Assembly (NCBI GenBank): GCA_002722735.1
Contig: PBMR01000005.1
Span: forward strand, 74,402-138,401
DNA: 64,000 nucleotides
Source of the DNA: Methanobacteriota archaeon
Lineage (GTDB): Archaea; Thermoplasmatota; Poseidoniia; Poseidoniales; Thalassarchaeaceae
Direction: 5' to 3'
In this document: piece after piece, positions 27,793-37,800 of the stretch
How the letters are laid out: each line of letters opens with the position of its first letter
Position numbering within the stretch: the stretch's first letter is position 1
Translations under genes and position numbers: made by a program
Notes under the pieces: model-generated
The model's database searches: none
What the model saw: the letters and a program-made list of their open reading frames with translations, nothing else
Told to the model about the DNA's origin: nothing

Positions 27793-29367
27793 TTATTGCT
27801 GCGATGACATCAATTTCATTGCCTGCTGAGACCACATCATCTTTGTGACCCTACCGGGCATGAATTCCAAAGCATCATTCACCACCTCTGAAGTGAGTGG
27901 GTCCAGTCGAGATATCTGTTCGTAGGTATGTATACCAAGCACATTGAGCTTCTTCTGTGAGAACTCGTCCAGGCCCTCAATCTTAGTCAGATCGTCAGGC
28001 TCCTCGTCCTCGCCTTCTCCTATCTGGGCCCAGTTAACTTGGACGGCTTTGAGGCCGACCCGCTCTAGAATCAACTCTTCCCTCTCGAGCTTATCTGCCC
28101 TGAGTTTCAGGTCAGCCTCGTGAGCCTCTCTCTCTGCCTTCTGAGCCTCGGTCTCAACACCTACCAAAGCATCCTCTTTGCCCTTCATCTCGCTCTGAAT
28201 ACGTTCGATGTCAGCCTTGACCTGCTCGGCCTCTTGCGCGGCCTGGTCCTTGAACTTGTGACTATCCTCGATCTCCTGCTCTACCCTCTTCTTTTCAGCC
28301 ACGGCCTTTTCGGCCTCCACTTTGACCTTCGCAATCTCCTTCTGCTTGGCAACGACATCCTTCTTCAGGGACTTGGCGGCCTTAATCTCGTCTTTCATTT
28401 GGGCCCTCACTTCCATCATGGCCTCCTTAGCCTCGCTCGCATCCTCCTTCGATGCTTCCAGGGCCTGCTGCTTCTCAGCCATCTGAGTCTCGAGCTTCTC
28501 CTCGGCCTCCTCACGCTTCTTCTGGAAAGCCTCTAGCTCCTCCGAAGCCTTCGACTTGGCCTTCCCCGAAGCCTCAATCTGCTTCTCAGCGACCTTCCGC
28601 TCCATCTCGGCCTTCTTGAGTTCGGCTTCGGCCTTGGCCGCAGCCTTGCCCTCCTTGGCGAGATCCTTTGTAATTTCCTTGACTTCGGCAATAGAAGCTT
28701 TGGCTTCCTGCTCGGCAATCTTGGCAGCCTGCCCCTCTTCCTTAGCCTTCGACTTGAGATCCTTTTCCTTCGCTCGCAACTCCTCTGGCGACATCTTCGG
28801 ACCTTCCTGAGCCTTCTTTAGCGCTTTCTTTGCAGCCTTGGCCTGCTTCTCGGCGGCCCTCCGTCCCGCCTCAGCCTTCTTTGCCTCAATCTCAGCCTTC
28901 GCCACGGTCTTGGCCTCTGATGCCATCGCCTTCTTCGCCTGAATCTGAGCCTTCGCCATCTCCTTGGCAGCAGCCTGGGCCGCCTTCGCCGCTTGGGCAT
29001 CTTCGGCCGCCTTCGCCTTCGCCTCTGCCGCCTTCGCCTTCGCAGCGACCTTCGCCTCTGCTACCTCTGCCTTCGCAGCGACCTTCGCCTCTGCAGGATC
29101 TATCTTCTTGGCCGCAGCCTTCTTCTTCGGGGCAGCCTCCTCAGCAGCCTCCTCGGCCACTTCCGGTTCGACCTCCTTTGCCTTGGGGGATACCTTTCCG
29201 TACTTGGATTGCAGCTTCTTGATCATCGTAGCGTAGTTCCCTTCGAACTTCTCGAGGAGCATGGGGATTTTTTCTATCCTCTCGGAGAGCTCGGGCTCTT
29301 CGATGAACTCCCGGTAGGTAGCCTCGATTATCTTCGTTGCCTGCTCCGCAGTCGGTTCCTTTGCCAC
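27793..29367 (-). CDS. K/A/E-rich coiled-coil protein with C-terminal HhH module (COG3743-like)
   Basis: About 55-aa N-terminal globular segment and about 380 aa of AKAEA/KKAxE low-complexity coiled coil. C-terminus VNWAQIGEGEDEEPDDLTKIEGLDEFSQKKLNVLGIHTYEQISRLDP..ALEFMPGRVTKMMWSQQAMKL. Confidence 0.8.
   Translation of the reverse strand: MAKEPTAEQATKIIEATYREFIEEPELSERIEKIPMLLEKFEGNYATMIKKLQSKYGKVSPKAKEVEPEVAEEAAEEAAPKKKAAAKKIDPAEAKVAAKAEVAEAKVAAKAKAAEAKAKAAEDAQAAKAAQAAAKEMAKAQIQAKKAMASEAKTVAKAEIEAKKAEAGRRAAEKQAKAAKKALKKAQEGPKMSPEELRAKEKDLKSKAKEEGQAAKIAEQEAKASIAEVKEITKDLAKEGKAAAKAEAELKKAEMERKVAEKQIEASGKAKSKASEELEAFQKKREEAEEKLETQMAEKQQALEASKEDASEAKEAMMEVRAQMKDEIKAAKSLKKDVVAKQKEIAKVKVEAEKAVAEKKRVEQEIEDSHKFKDQAAQEAEQVKADIERIQSEMKGKEDALVGVETEAQKAEREAHEADLKLRADKLEREELILERVGLKAVQVNWAQIGEGEDEEPDDLTKIEGLDEFSQKKLNVLGIHTYEQISRLDPLTSEVVNDALEFMPGRVTKMMWSQQAMKLMSSQQ
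29036..29094 (-). repeat. 33-nt tandem coding repeat (AEAKVAAKAEV)
   Basis: gccttcgcagcgaccttcgcctctgc occurs at 29036 and 29069. Confidence 0.75.
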
Positions 29368-29500
29368 GACCTCTCACAGGTTGTCCATCACTTAAGTATT
29401 TGACCAATCTATAGAAGTGATAGAGTCTGCCACCCCCAATACGACCAGCATCTTGGGTGGCTCTAGGTTCCCATCCACCAAGGCAAGAACCGGCGCTGTG

Positions 29501-32500
29501 ATGAATAGTCGAGATCCCCCGCCCCATTCAGGAGCCCTCTTTATGGAAATGCCCGAACAACCGTTAATACTCCCAATGCAACGTCGGGGCCCCATGGGCG
29601 CACAAGACGGATGCCATAGCATCCTGCCAATCACCCTCGTCATACTGCTTCTTGGCATGTCAGCATCATCAACGCTCCACTCCGATGATAGTGTCGAGTT
29701 GGCCAAAGAAGATAGTGCCCTCAATACCCATTCGGGCCTGAACTTCCCTGGCTCAACCCTTGGATCAATACATTCTCTGACTGCAATCGGAGCAGCATAC
29801 AACTACACCTGTGTGGTGATGGACAACAATGCGATGCAGTGCTGGGGGAGAGGGGGTCAAGGATACCTCGGAAATGGGGATTCTTACACCGTACATACCC
29901 CTGTAACCGTCAATATGCCAACTTATCCACCGGACGCAGTGGAGATGAGCGGCGCCGATGGCCATCACAGTTGTTTGTTGGCGTCAAACGGCTCCATCTA
30001 CTGCTGGGGGGAGGATTGGAACGGCCAGATCGGGCACGGCCACTATGGCGGGTGGTGGGATGAACCCCACGGGCCAACCACATTGGCCGGGAAGGCCGCC
30101 GTCACTGTGGTTACCGGTATCCACCACACTTGCGCCATAGCAGTTGACCTGACCCTCTACTGCTGGGGGAGGGACGACAACGGACAAGTGGGCAATGGCG
30201 AACCGGGAACTGATGTTGTAGATTCCCCAGAAGAAATTGACCTCCCTCCCGGACGGACTGCCGTATCGATTAACGCTGGCGTGGACGCGACCTGCGTCAT
30301 CCTCGACAACGGTAGCGGAATGTGCTGGGGCCTGAACATGAATAGCCACCTCGGTGTTGGGACCAACACCAGCAAGTACTCCCCCACGCCTATTTCGGTA
30401 CTCCCTGCGAACCGCTCGTTGGTCGCACTCGATGTAGGCTTCAAGCACACCTGTGGCATTCTCGACGACGGTTTGGTGTATTGCTGGGGGAACAATACTA
30501 ACGGGCAACTCGGTGACGGCACCAACGACCACTCGATTTACCCAAGGGTCGCGTCTCTGCCCCCGGGGAGGACAGCCATTTCAATAGACGCGGGCAGCCA
30601 TCACACTTGCGCGATTCTCGATGACAGTAGCGCTTATTGCTGGGGGAGAAATGACTACGGGCAACTCGGTGACGGTACCACTACCAACAGTTCAACCCCC
30701 GTCAGCGTCTCGATGCCATCCGGACTCGGGGTGGCCGAGATAACGACAGGCAACTATCACTCCTGCGCGGTAGCGACCAACGCATCCGTCTACTGCTGGG
30801 GAGCCCATGAAGAAGGAGCACTAGGGCTCGGCGAGGGCGTTGACAGCGATGTCCCTGCCTATGTCGATATCGGGGACCAGTACGGTAGGCACGCTCTGAT
30901 GAGCGAGAGAGACAATGATGACGATGGGATAGTCAATCTCTTCGATCCATTCCCTGATGGGTGCCCCGTCGGGACTTACGCTTCAGGAGTGACTTGCGTA
31001 GAGACCGACCCTGGCTGGTACGCTGACGGCATCCCTCCATACGAGCAATTTCCCTGCGACGTGGGCTCTTTCCAGCCGTATTCGGGGCAGGGAGTGTGCA
31101 TTACGACGTCCCCTGGCCATTTCGTCAACACTACCGCGGCGACCAACCAAACCCAATGCCAACCCGGCAACTACCAACCGCTGGGCAGTCAGACCTCCTG
31201 CATTCAGGCTGACCCCGGCAACTACAGCTCCGAAAGCGCATCCACCAGTCAAACCCAATGCCTACTAGGAAGCTACCAACCCAACTATGGGGCATCTGAA
31301 TGCCTCCAAGCCGATGCCGGACACATCGTTCAGGGTGGAGAAGGGGCCCACGACCAAATTCCATGCCCCCCGGGGACCTATCAGTTTTTGACGGGACAGA
31401 GCTCTTGCTTCGAAGCCACTCGGGGATTCCATGTCCCTTCTGCTGGTGCAACCGCTCAGGTGGCATGCCATTCCGGCACCTTCTCGGCCGATTCAGGCCA
31501 AGCACAGTGCACAGAAGCATCTCCCGGCTACTTCACATCTGGTGCCCAGCAGATATCCCAGTCGCCATGCCCACCCGGCCATTTCCAGCCAAATTCTAGT
31601 CAGACCTCCTGCCTCCAGACGGACCCAGGCAACTTCACAGACGCCGAAGGAACGGCAAACCAGCATCCCTGCAAGGATGGAACGTTCCAACCCGAGGCAG
31701 GGCAGACCTCCTGCCTCCAAGCGGAACCAGGAAACTATTCCCCCCCCGGAGCAATCTCCCAAATCCCCTGCCCGGCGGGCACGTTCGCCTCAGAACCGGG
31801 CCAGTCTGAGTGCACTCAGGCCGAACCCGGCAACTACGTGAGCCTAGACGGTGCAACGACCCAAATCCCCTGCTCATCGGGGGAGTATCAGTCGGAATCG
31901 GGCGGTACGGGGTGCGAACAGGCGCCTCCGGGGCAGATCGTGAGTGCCGACGGCACCTCTGCGCCTGCGCCATGCCCCCCCGGGAAATACCAGCCCGACC
32001 AAGGCAAATCGGTTTGCATGCAGGCCTCTCCCGGACACTTCGTCAACGATTCCGGGGCTTCCGAGCAGATTCCGTGTCAACCGGGTATGTTCCAATCGGA
32101 ACCTGGCCAGTCCGAGTGTGTCCCCTCAAGCCCGGGGAACTTTGCCTCTGGTGAGGGCTCTACGGCTCAAACGCCATGCTCTGCTGGGACCTTCCAGGAT
32201 TCGGGAGGGCAGGACGGTTGCACTGATGCTATGCCCGGACACCATGTCCCCAATGAAGGCGCCTTGTCACAGAGTACATGCACTCAAGGTAGTTACCAAC
32301 CGGAGGCAGGCCAAGATGATTGCTTCGATGCATCGCCAGGCAACTTCGTGAACAGCACGGGTTCGGTTTCTCAGATGCCTTGCCAGCCAGGAACGTTTCA
32401 AGGGGACTCGAGGAAGAACCATTGCAAGAATGCCGAACCAGGTCACTACGTGCCCGAGTCCGGGTCCATTGAGCAGTTTAAGTGCCCTTCAGGGGAGATC

Positions 32501-32692
32501 CAAGAACTCGAAGGCCAGACTGCCTGCCAAAAGCCGAAGAGGCCACTGTGGCTTACTTTCCTGATGTTCGCTGTTCCCGCCATGCTTGGGGGCTCTCTAG
32601 CAATCATGCATCTGGTAAAAAGGAAGAAGAAGGAACAGAGGGCTCACAAGAAGTCCTATCTATATGCCGAGGATATGAGATCGAAGCGCTGA
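29501..32692 (+). CDS. Type I membrane protein: RCC1-repeat beta-propeller plus about 16 ephrin-receptor-like (GCC2/GCC3-type) Cys repeats plus C-terminal TM anchor
   Basis: Repeated (Y/M)CWG.(N/D)..GQ(L/V)G(D/N)G motifs. DNDDDGIVNLFDPFPD linker. About 33-aa repeats C.xG.(F/Y)Q...GQ..C..A.PG.(F/Y). TM LWLTFLMFAVPAMLGGSLAIMHL followed by KRKKKEQR. The ORF opens at GTG 29417; ATG 29501 or 29543 is more plausible given the divergent gene at 29367. Confidence 0.8.
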   Translation: MNSRDPPPHSGALFMEMPEQPLILPMQRRGPMGAQDGCHSILPITLVILLLGMSASSTLHSDDSVELAKEDSALNTHSGLNFPGSTLGSIHSLTAIGAAYNYTCVVMDNNAMQCWGRGGQGYLGNGDSYTVHTPVTVNMPTYPPDAVEMSGADGHHSCLLASNGSIYCWGEDWNGQIGHGHYGGWWDEPHGPTTLAGKAAVTVVTGIHHTCAIAVDLTLYCWGRDDNGQVGNGEPGTDVVDSPEEIDLPPGRTAVSINAGVDATCVILDNGSGMCWGLNMNSHLGVGTNTSKYSPTPISVLPANRSLVALDVGFKHTCGILDDGLVYCWGNNTNGQLGDGTNDHSIYPRVASLPPGRTAISIDAGSHHTCAILDDSSAYCWGRNDYGQLGDGTTTNSSTPVSVSMPSGLGVAEITTGNYHSCAVATNASVYCWGAHEEGALGLGEGVDSDVPAYVDIGDQYGRHALMSERDNDDDGIVNLFDPFPDGCPVGTYASGVTCVETDPGWYADGIPPYEQFPCDVGSFQPYSGQGVCITTSPGHFVNTTAATNQTQCQPGNYQPLGSQTSCIQADPGNYSSESASTSQTQCLLGSYQPNYGASECLQADAGHIVQGGEGAHDQIPCPPGTYQFLTGQSSCFEATRGFHVPSAGATAQVACHSGTFSADSGQAQCTEASPGYFTSGAQQISQSPCPPGHFQPNSSQTSCLQTDPGNFTDAEGTANQHPCKDGTFQPEAGQTSCLQAEPGNYSPPGAISQIPCPAGTFASEPGQSECTQAEPGNYVSLDGATTQIPCSSGEYQSESGGTGCEQAPPGQIVSADGTSAPAPCPPGKYQPDQGKSVCMQASPGHFVNDSGASEQIPCQPGMFQSEPGQSECVPSSPGNFASGEGSTAQTPCSAGTFQDSGGQDGCTDAMPGHHVPNEGALSQSTCTQGSYQPEAGQDDCFDASPGNFVNSTGSVSQMPCQPGTFQGDSRKNHCKNAEPGHYVPESGSIEQFKCPSGEIQELEGQTACQKPKRPLWLTFLMFAVPAMLGGSLAIMHLVKRKKKEQRAHKKSYLYAEDMRSKR
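30961..32537 (+). repeat. Array of about 100-nt (about 33-aa) Cys-rich coding repeats
   Basis: Periodic CPPGxYQ / GQxxC / PGxF units can be read directly from the translation. Confidence 0.75.
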
Positions 32693-32737
32693 TTGTGGAA
32701 GCGCACGAGTTATGTGAACCAGAGCATTAGGTCATCC

Positions 32738-33784
32738 ATGCGCGACTATCCAAGCGACCGCGTTGACCTACGCAGCGACACGGTCACGCAGCCAACGCCA
32801 GCCATGAGGGAGGCCATGGCCTCCGCCGTCGTTGGCGACGATGTTCTCGGTGATGACCCCACAGTAATAGATCTGCAGAATCGCATGGCTGAGATGCTCG
32901 ACAAGGAGGCGGGGCTGTTTGTGCCATCGGGAACGATGTGCAACGCCACCGCCATCAGAGCCCAGACGGAACCAGGGGACGAGATCATCACCGAGAAATA
33001 CAGTCACATATACATCTACGAAGGTGGAGGTTTCGCCGCCCTTTCTGGTGCTTCAGTCGCCCTGGTTCCCGGGAAAATGGGGATAATGGACCCAATTGAC
33101 GTAGCAAAGGCCATCCGCAAGGGTGACGGCAGCCTCGGACATTATCCAAACGGCACTCTCGTCTGCGTCGAGAACACCTCAAACAGGGGCGGTGGCACTT
33201 GCTACCCACTCCAAACCATGGACGCTATCGCAGCCGCCGCCCGGGACCGTGACTGCAGGGCCCACATCGATGGAGCGAGAATATTCAACGCATCAGTGGC
33301 CACGGGCAACGATGCGGCACGGATCGCTAGGGAATACGACTCGGTGTCGATATGCCTGAGCAAGGGCTTGGGAGCCCCTATCGGCAGCGTCTTGGTCGCC
33401 TCCTCGGAGATTATAGCTCGCGCTTACCGGTGGCGCAAGATGTTTGGGGGGGGAATGCGCCAAGTGGGTGTTGTCGCCGCTGCAGGAATCTTTGCTCTGG
33501 AGAACAATATCGACCGATTGGCAGAAGATCACACCCGCGCTAGGGGGCTTGCCGAGGCAATTGCTGCCATGCCCTCCTACTCCGTGGAGCTGGAGCAGGT
33601 TCAGACCAATATGGTCTACATCGGCTGCAAGGAGGGCGGGGCTGACGGACTTGTGGCCAGCCTCGCACAACACGGTGTAGACACTCTGACAATTGACGAC
33701 TCAACCATTCGCGCTGTAACTCATTTGCACATAACCGACGATGATATCGACAGGGCGATTGCAGCCTTCGATGCTTCTCAATAA
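32738..33784 (+). CDS. ltaE: Low-specificity L-threonine aldolase (PLP-dependent)
   Basis: VDLRSDTVTQPTPAMREAM...GDDVLGDDPTV..LQ...SGTMCN...CLSKGLGAPIGS (PLP Lys). Confidence 0.85.
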   Translation: MRDYPSDRVDLRSDTVTQPTPAMREAMASAVVGDDVLGDDPTVIDLQNRMAEMLDKEAGLFVPSGTMCNATAIRAQTEPGDEIITEKYSHIYIYEGGGFAALSGASVALVPGKMGIMDPIDVAKAIRKGDGSLGHYPNGTLVCVENTSNRGGGTCYPLQTMDAIAAAARDRDCRAHIDGARIFNASVATGNDAARIAREYDSVSICLSKGLGAPIGSVLVASSEIIARAYRWRKMFGGGMRQVGVVAAAGIFALENNIDRLAEDHTRARGLAEAIAAMPSYSVELEQVQTNMVYIGCKEGGADGLVASLAQHGVDTLTIDDSTIRAVTHLHITDDDIDRAIAAFDASQ

Positions 33785-33823
33785 CCCGGAACCATTCAAT
33801 AACACGCTCACTTCGAGACTACC

Positions 33824-34762
33824 ATGAGAACGCTTGCAGCTCTGCTGATGGTCGCCCTCATCATCATCCCGATTCAAGCCTCGGCGGCTAATGGGGGTAT
33901 GTGGGAAGATGCACGCGAGGGCATACTCGGGGGCACATTGGGGGGCATATCCCTATCCCTATCAGGGAACACGACCGATAGTTCAATCTCAATGGATGTG
34001 ATTGACCTACCCACTGTTATCGAGGTCTATACCGCAACATGGTGCACCAGCTGTGTGACGACTGAACACACCCTCGATGAGGCGATAGGTGATGCCGATG
34101 TCACTCGCATCCACTATCACAGGCACAAGTTCGAGGTCGAGGACCCGTTCGGCAGCAACGGTACTGAGGAGCGTTGGGAATCGATTTACGGGACTGCTTC
34201 CACATCTGTCGGAGGGGCTCCACGACTCGCTCCGACCACCGTTTTCGATGGAGAGAGACTCCATTTGGGCACCACTTCGAAGTCAGACAGCCTACAAAGC
34301 GACTTCTCCGCTTCTTTGGCTATCGGGCCTTCCCACGTGTACGATGGTTCGATGTCGTTGTCTGCGATTGAGTCAGAGGGTGTTACCGAATTCTCATGGG
34401 ACATCACCACGATGATCTACAACTGTGCAGACGAATGTCCAATCGAGACCCGCACCGCTTGGTTGCTATTCGTCGAGGGCAGCGCCAGCTTCCCGGACGG
34501 TTCGAACGGAATTGGGGACTACATCCACGTTCTGCATGATGCTGTCCCGCTGGATGGGCCGATTGGCTCAACTGTAATCGACGTTCCCCCAGCATGGGAC
34601 GGCGATGATATGTCGGCAGTCTTGCTTGTTGATTGGTCGCTAGAACCCTCCCCCCCCGAGCCAGGAATAGTTGGGAAAATAATTCCAGCACCAAGTGTGG
34701 CAATCTTGGTTTGCATGCTCGCCGCGCTGGTGCCTCGGCGAAGAAGCACCATACTTCACTGA
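33824..34762 (+). CDS. Secreted thioredoxin-fold (CxxC) protein with C-terminal membrane anchor
   Basis: Signal peptide. IEVYTATWCTSCVTTEHTL CxxC motif. C-terminal TM APSVAILVCMLAALV followed by PRRR. Confidence 0.55.
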   Translation: MRTLAALLMVALIIIPIQASAANGGMWEDAREGILGGTLGGISLSLSGNTTDSSISMDVIDLPTVIEVYTATWCTSCVTTEHTLDEAIGDADVTRIHYHRHKFEVEDPFGSNGTEERWESIYGTASTSVGGAPRLAPTTVFDGERLHLGTTSKSDSLQSDFSASLAIGPSHVYDGSMSLSAIESEGVTEFSWDITTMIYNCADECPIETRTAWLLFVEGSASFPDGSNGIGDYIHVLHDAVPLDGPIGSTVIDVPPAWDGDDMSAVLLVDWSLEPSPPEPGIVGKIIPAPSVAILVCMLAALVPRRRSTILH

Positions 34763-34811
34763 GACCGAGGTGTTTTCAGTTGGGTTGAATAACCCCGGCC
34801 GAGCATGGCAT

Positions 34812-37800
34812 ATGCTCGGTGATGCCATGGTCTCGAAAACCCTCGTTCAGGTGACTTGCGAGGAAGTACCTAGGGGTACTATCCCAGGATGGCTCAAAGA
34901 GCATATTTCGAGACAGTCCTTGGGTCCTACAGAATCCGAGTCAGATCTCTCTGGAAGAGTCCTAATCGTCTACCCGACCGAGGAATCCAGAAAGCAGGCG
35001 CTTGCTGGAATGCCGAGTGGCCAGGCGATTGACAGTACACTCCACCACACTATCGACTCGCTGAAATCCTCACTGATTGCGGATCTGAGGCTACCGAGGT
35101 TGCTGAACACTGAGGGTGGCTTTGAACTGGTGTTGCACGAATCCTGCCGCCGTGAGGCGGCAAGGCTCGCATTCCCCATAATCAACCCGCTGCCGGAGAT
35201 GAGGTGGGGTAGGGGGAAGACCGCAGCTCTCGCCGAGCTGCACTCGTACTTGTCGCGTGAATCAATGGCTGTCGCTTGGGACGGTCCGGGAATTCCTTCC
35301 TTTAGGACTGTCATCAGGCAGCTTGAGAATCGATTAGGTGGAACTCATCCAGATATGGCCTCTTCCCGCATTATAGATGGCCTGAACAGTGGGGAAAAGC
35401 CGTTCTCGTTACTCGATATCGACGGCATAATCATGCTCGACCATCCTCCAGAGGTGCCGCGTTCGCATATCCAAATCATGCTCGCACTCTCAAGGCACTG
35501 TCCAATTCACCAACTAGCTCATCCGGGTAATTTCAGATTGGGCCATCACGGCATGTCCCTGCTCGATCAGCACCCAATAGAGGCACAATCGGACCTCCCT
35601 CTATGGGTGCCACCACACCAACCGGAATCGACGAATCCAGTCCAATCTGTCGAGCGCTTACTCCTACAGAGGGAGAAACACTCTTTCGAGACGGCAATTT
35701 GGTTGACGCAAGAACGCCTTGAGGCAGGTTCCTCATCCCACCTCATCATCGTGGACCCGTCGTTGGAGTCTAACTTACCGCGATGGGAGAGGGGTTTGAA
35801 GGAACTCGGGATACCACTCCCTCCTTCGCGTCAACCGGTGCTCACTCACTCCCTTGGTCATTGGATACTCGCTCTGGCAACCCTGCCCCACGGTCCTGAT
35901 GCGTTCTCCCTTGAAGCATTGAGATCACTCGCGCTGCAAGCGACACTCAGACCGTTCAATGACCCCGATACTCACCCCACGGAGGGCAGGATAAGTCCGC
36001 GTGCTGACCCAGACATGCTGACGCACTTGGCTCGGGGCGAGCATGTCCTAGGCGGCCCCGGAGCTCTCGCTAGATGGCTGCAGACGATATCGAGACCGCC
36101 GATATCTGAGCGCGACCAATTTAGGAAGGAATCAACGCAGTGGTGGCTCCTGTGCGTCGCGGACTCTCTGAGGCCACTACTCAGAGGAGAGGATCGCACA
36201 GCCCTTGATGAAGTCAGTAGGATGGGCTGCCACACGGGGCAGGGACTTCCGACACTCGAGCCCTCGGCCAGCGGCGACGACTGGCTGCTCTCAATTCTCG
36301 GAATGATGGATTTGGAGTCGGCGATGGAGTCGTGTGACGGCGAGGGGCCAACTCCGGCAGCGGTGGTCCAAACCGTACTCAGGGACCTTCGGGAACTCAG
36401 GTCGATGCAGTCAAGTTTGGGCCACAGTGTATCCGAAATGGGTCCGGACTGGGTCGAAGAGTTCACTTCACTTACTCACTCCTCGAGCATTCTCAGCAGT
36501 GCTTCGCCAATCTCTGGGAGAGTCAGAGTACTAACTCCGGCTGCCGCTCTAGGTTGCTCCGCTGACACCATCATCCTAGCCAACCTTTCGAGTTCCTCGT
36601 GGGACCTCAGTGCCCCAAAGATGCCCTTCCTAGGTGACGAGGAGAGGCATTCGCTGGATTTGCTCCGTCCGGACGGCCCTATCAGGGATGCGAGGCACCA
36701 GCTTGAGCACCTTCTTGCTGCAGCGCCAGAAGTCCTAGTCCTCGACTCAAGCCTCGACGACGCATCACCTGCAGCCGCCCCCATTCGAGAATGGGCAGCA
36801 GCCCACGACCCTGATGACGACGCCGAGGTGATATGCACCGAGCCCGAGCAACCGGTCAGCCCGCGTGGCCTCAGGCAGGCCGACGGGGCTTCGCTCAGGA
36901 ACATGCTCCCATCAGTCCGACCACCACTCAACCCCAGCGCCATATCGATATCGATGGACTCGGAGTTGCAACGCGATCGTGAGAGACGTCAACCGATCCA
37001 TGCCGATGACGACGGCTACCTAGCACAGGACTCTGCCCAGCATCTGCTCTCCATCGACAGGACGGATCTGATCCGTCGGGTACCAACTGGCATCGAGCCT
37101 CCCCGTTCGAACGACAGGTGGCCCGTAGTAGGGGGCCTTGCCGCCGGTGGTAAGAGGACCCCCACCATCGACCCCCGCCCATTTTCCCTCCTTCCGACCG
37201 GTGCAGATGTCAGTGATTCGAGGCATGGTCATTCGACGGGAGCAGAGCAGGACGTCCCAGTCTGGTCGCCAAGCAGGCTGCATTACTGGCTCAAGTGTCC
37301 GAGAATGGGTTGGTTGTCGAACGGACTCAGGGCAGAGCAGGACGAACTGCAGCCAGAGGATCTGGATCCACGTACCCACGGGGAGTTGCTTCACAACGTC
37401 CATCATGACCTGATCTGTCAGACCCTAGGTTTCGAAATAGGCACCGAGAGATCACTCGGAGAAGGCAGCTCAGTGAGTAGCGTCGCTCTATCCGGCATGA
37501 GCGAGAACGAGATAATGCGAACGGCTCTGGAGTCCTTGGACAGCAGAGCCCCTTGGCTAGACAGGACCGATGCGGTCTCGACCCACAGATTGATGGTTCT
37601 GACCGGTATGAATAGAGAGGAGTGGAACCAGTGGCTGGCCAATCCTGGCCCCGTGCCACCATTGGGCCGAGTAGGGACCATAGTCAGGGCCGAATCAGCA
37701 GTTCGTCATGCCGCACCGGTATGCCTTGAATGGAGCATGACCGACTTCGATGAGGCCGGCATCGAGATCTCAATACCAACAGATATCGCTGGAGGCGAGG

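Noticed and set aside
27730-27801. Imperfect inverted repeat CAGCAAT..CCACTC / GAGTGG..ATTGCTG between convergent genes
   Set aside because: The stems are short and interrupted, and the 3' half lies inside the coding end of the 27793 gene. Support for a terminator is weak.
28100-29230. Periodic gcc/ttc-rich repeats and the many overlapping ORFs on both strands
   Set aside because: This is coding low complexity of the K/A/E-rich protein (minus strand). The alternative frames give P/S/R- or L-rich nonsense. There is no repeat-spacer structure.
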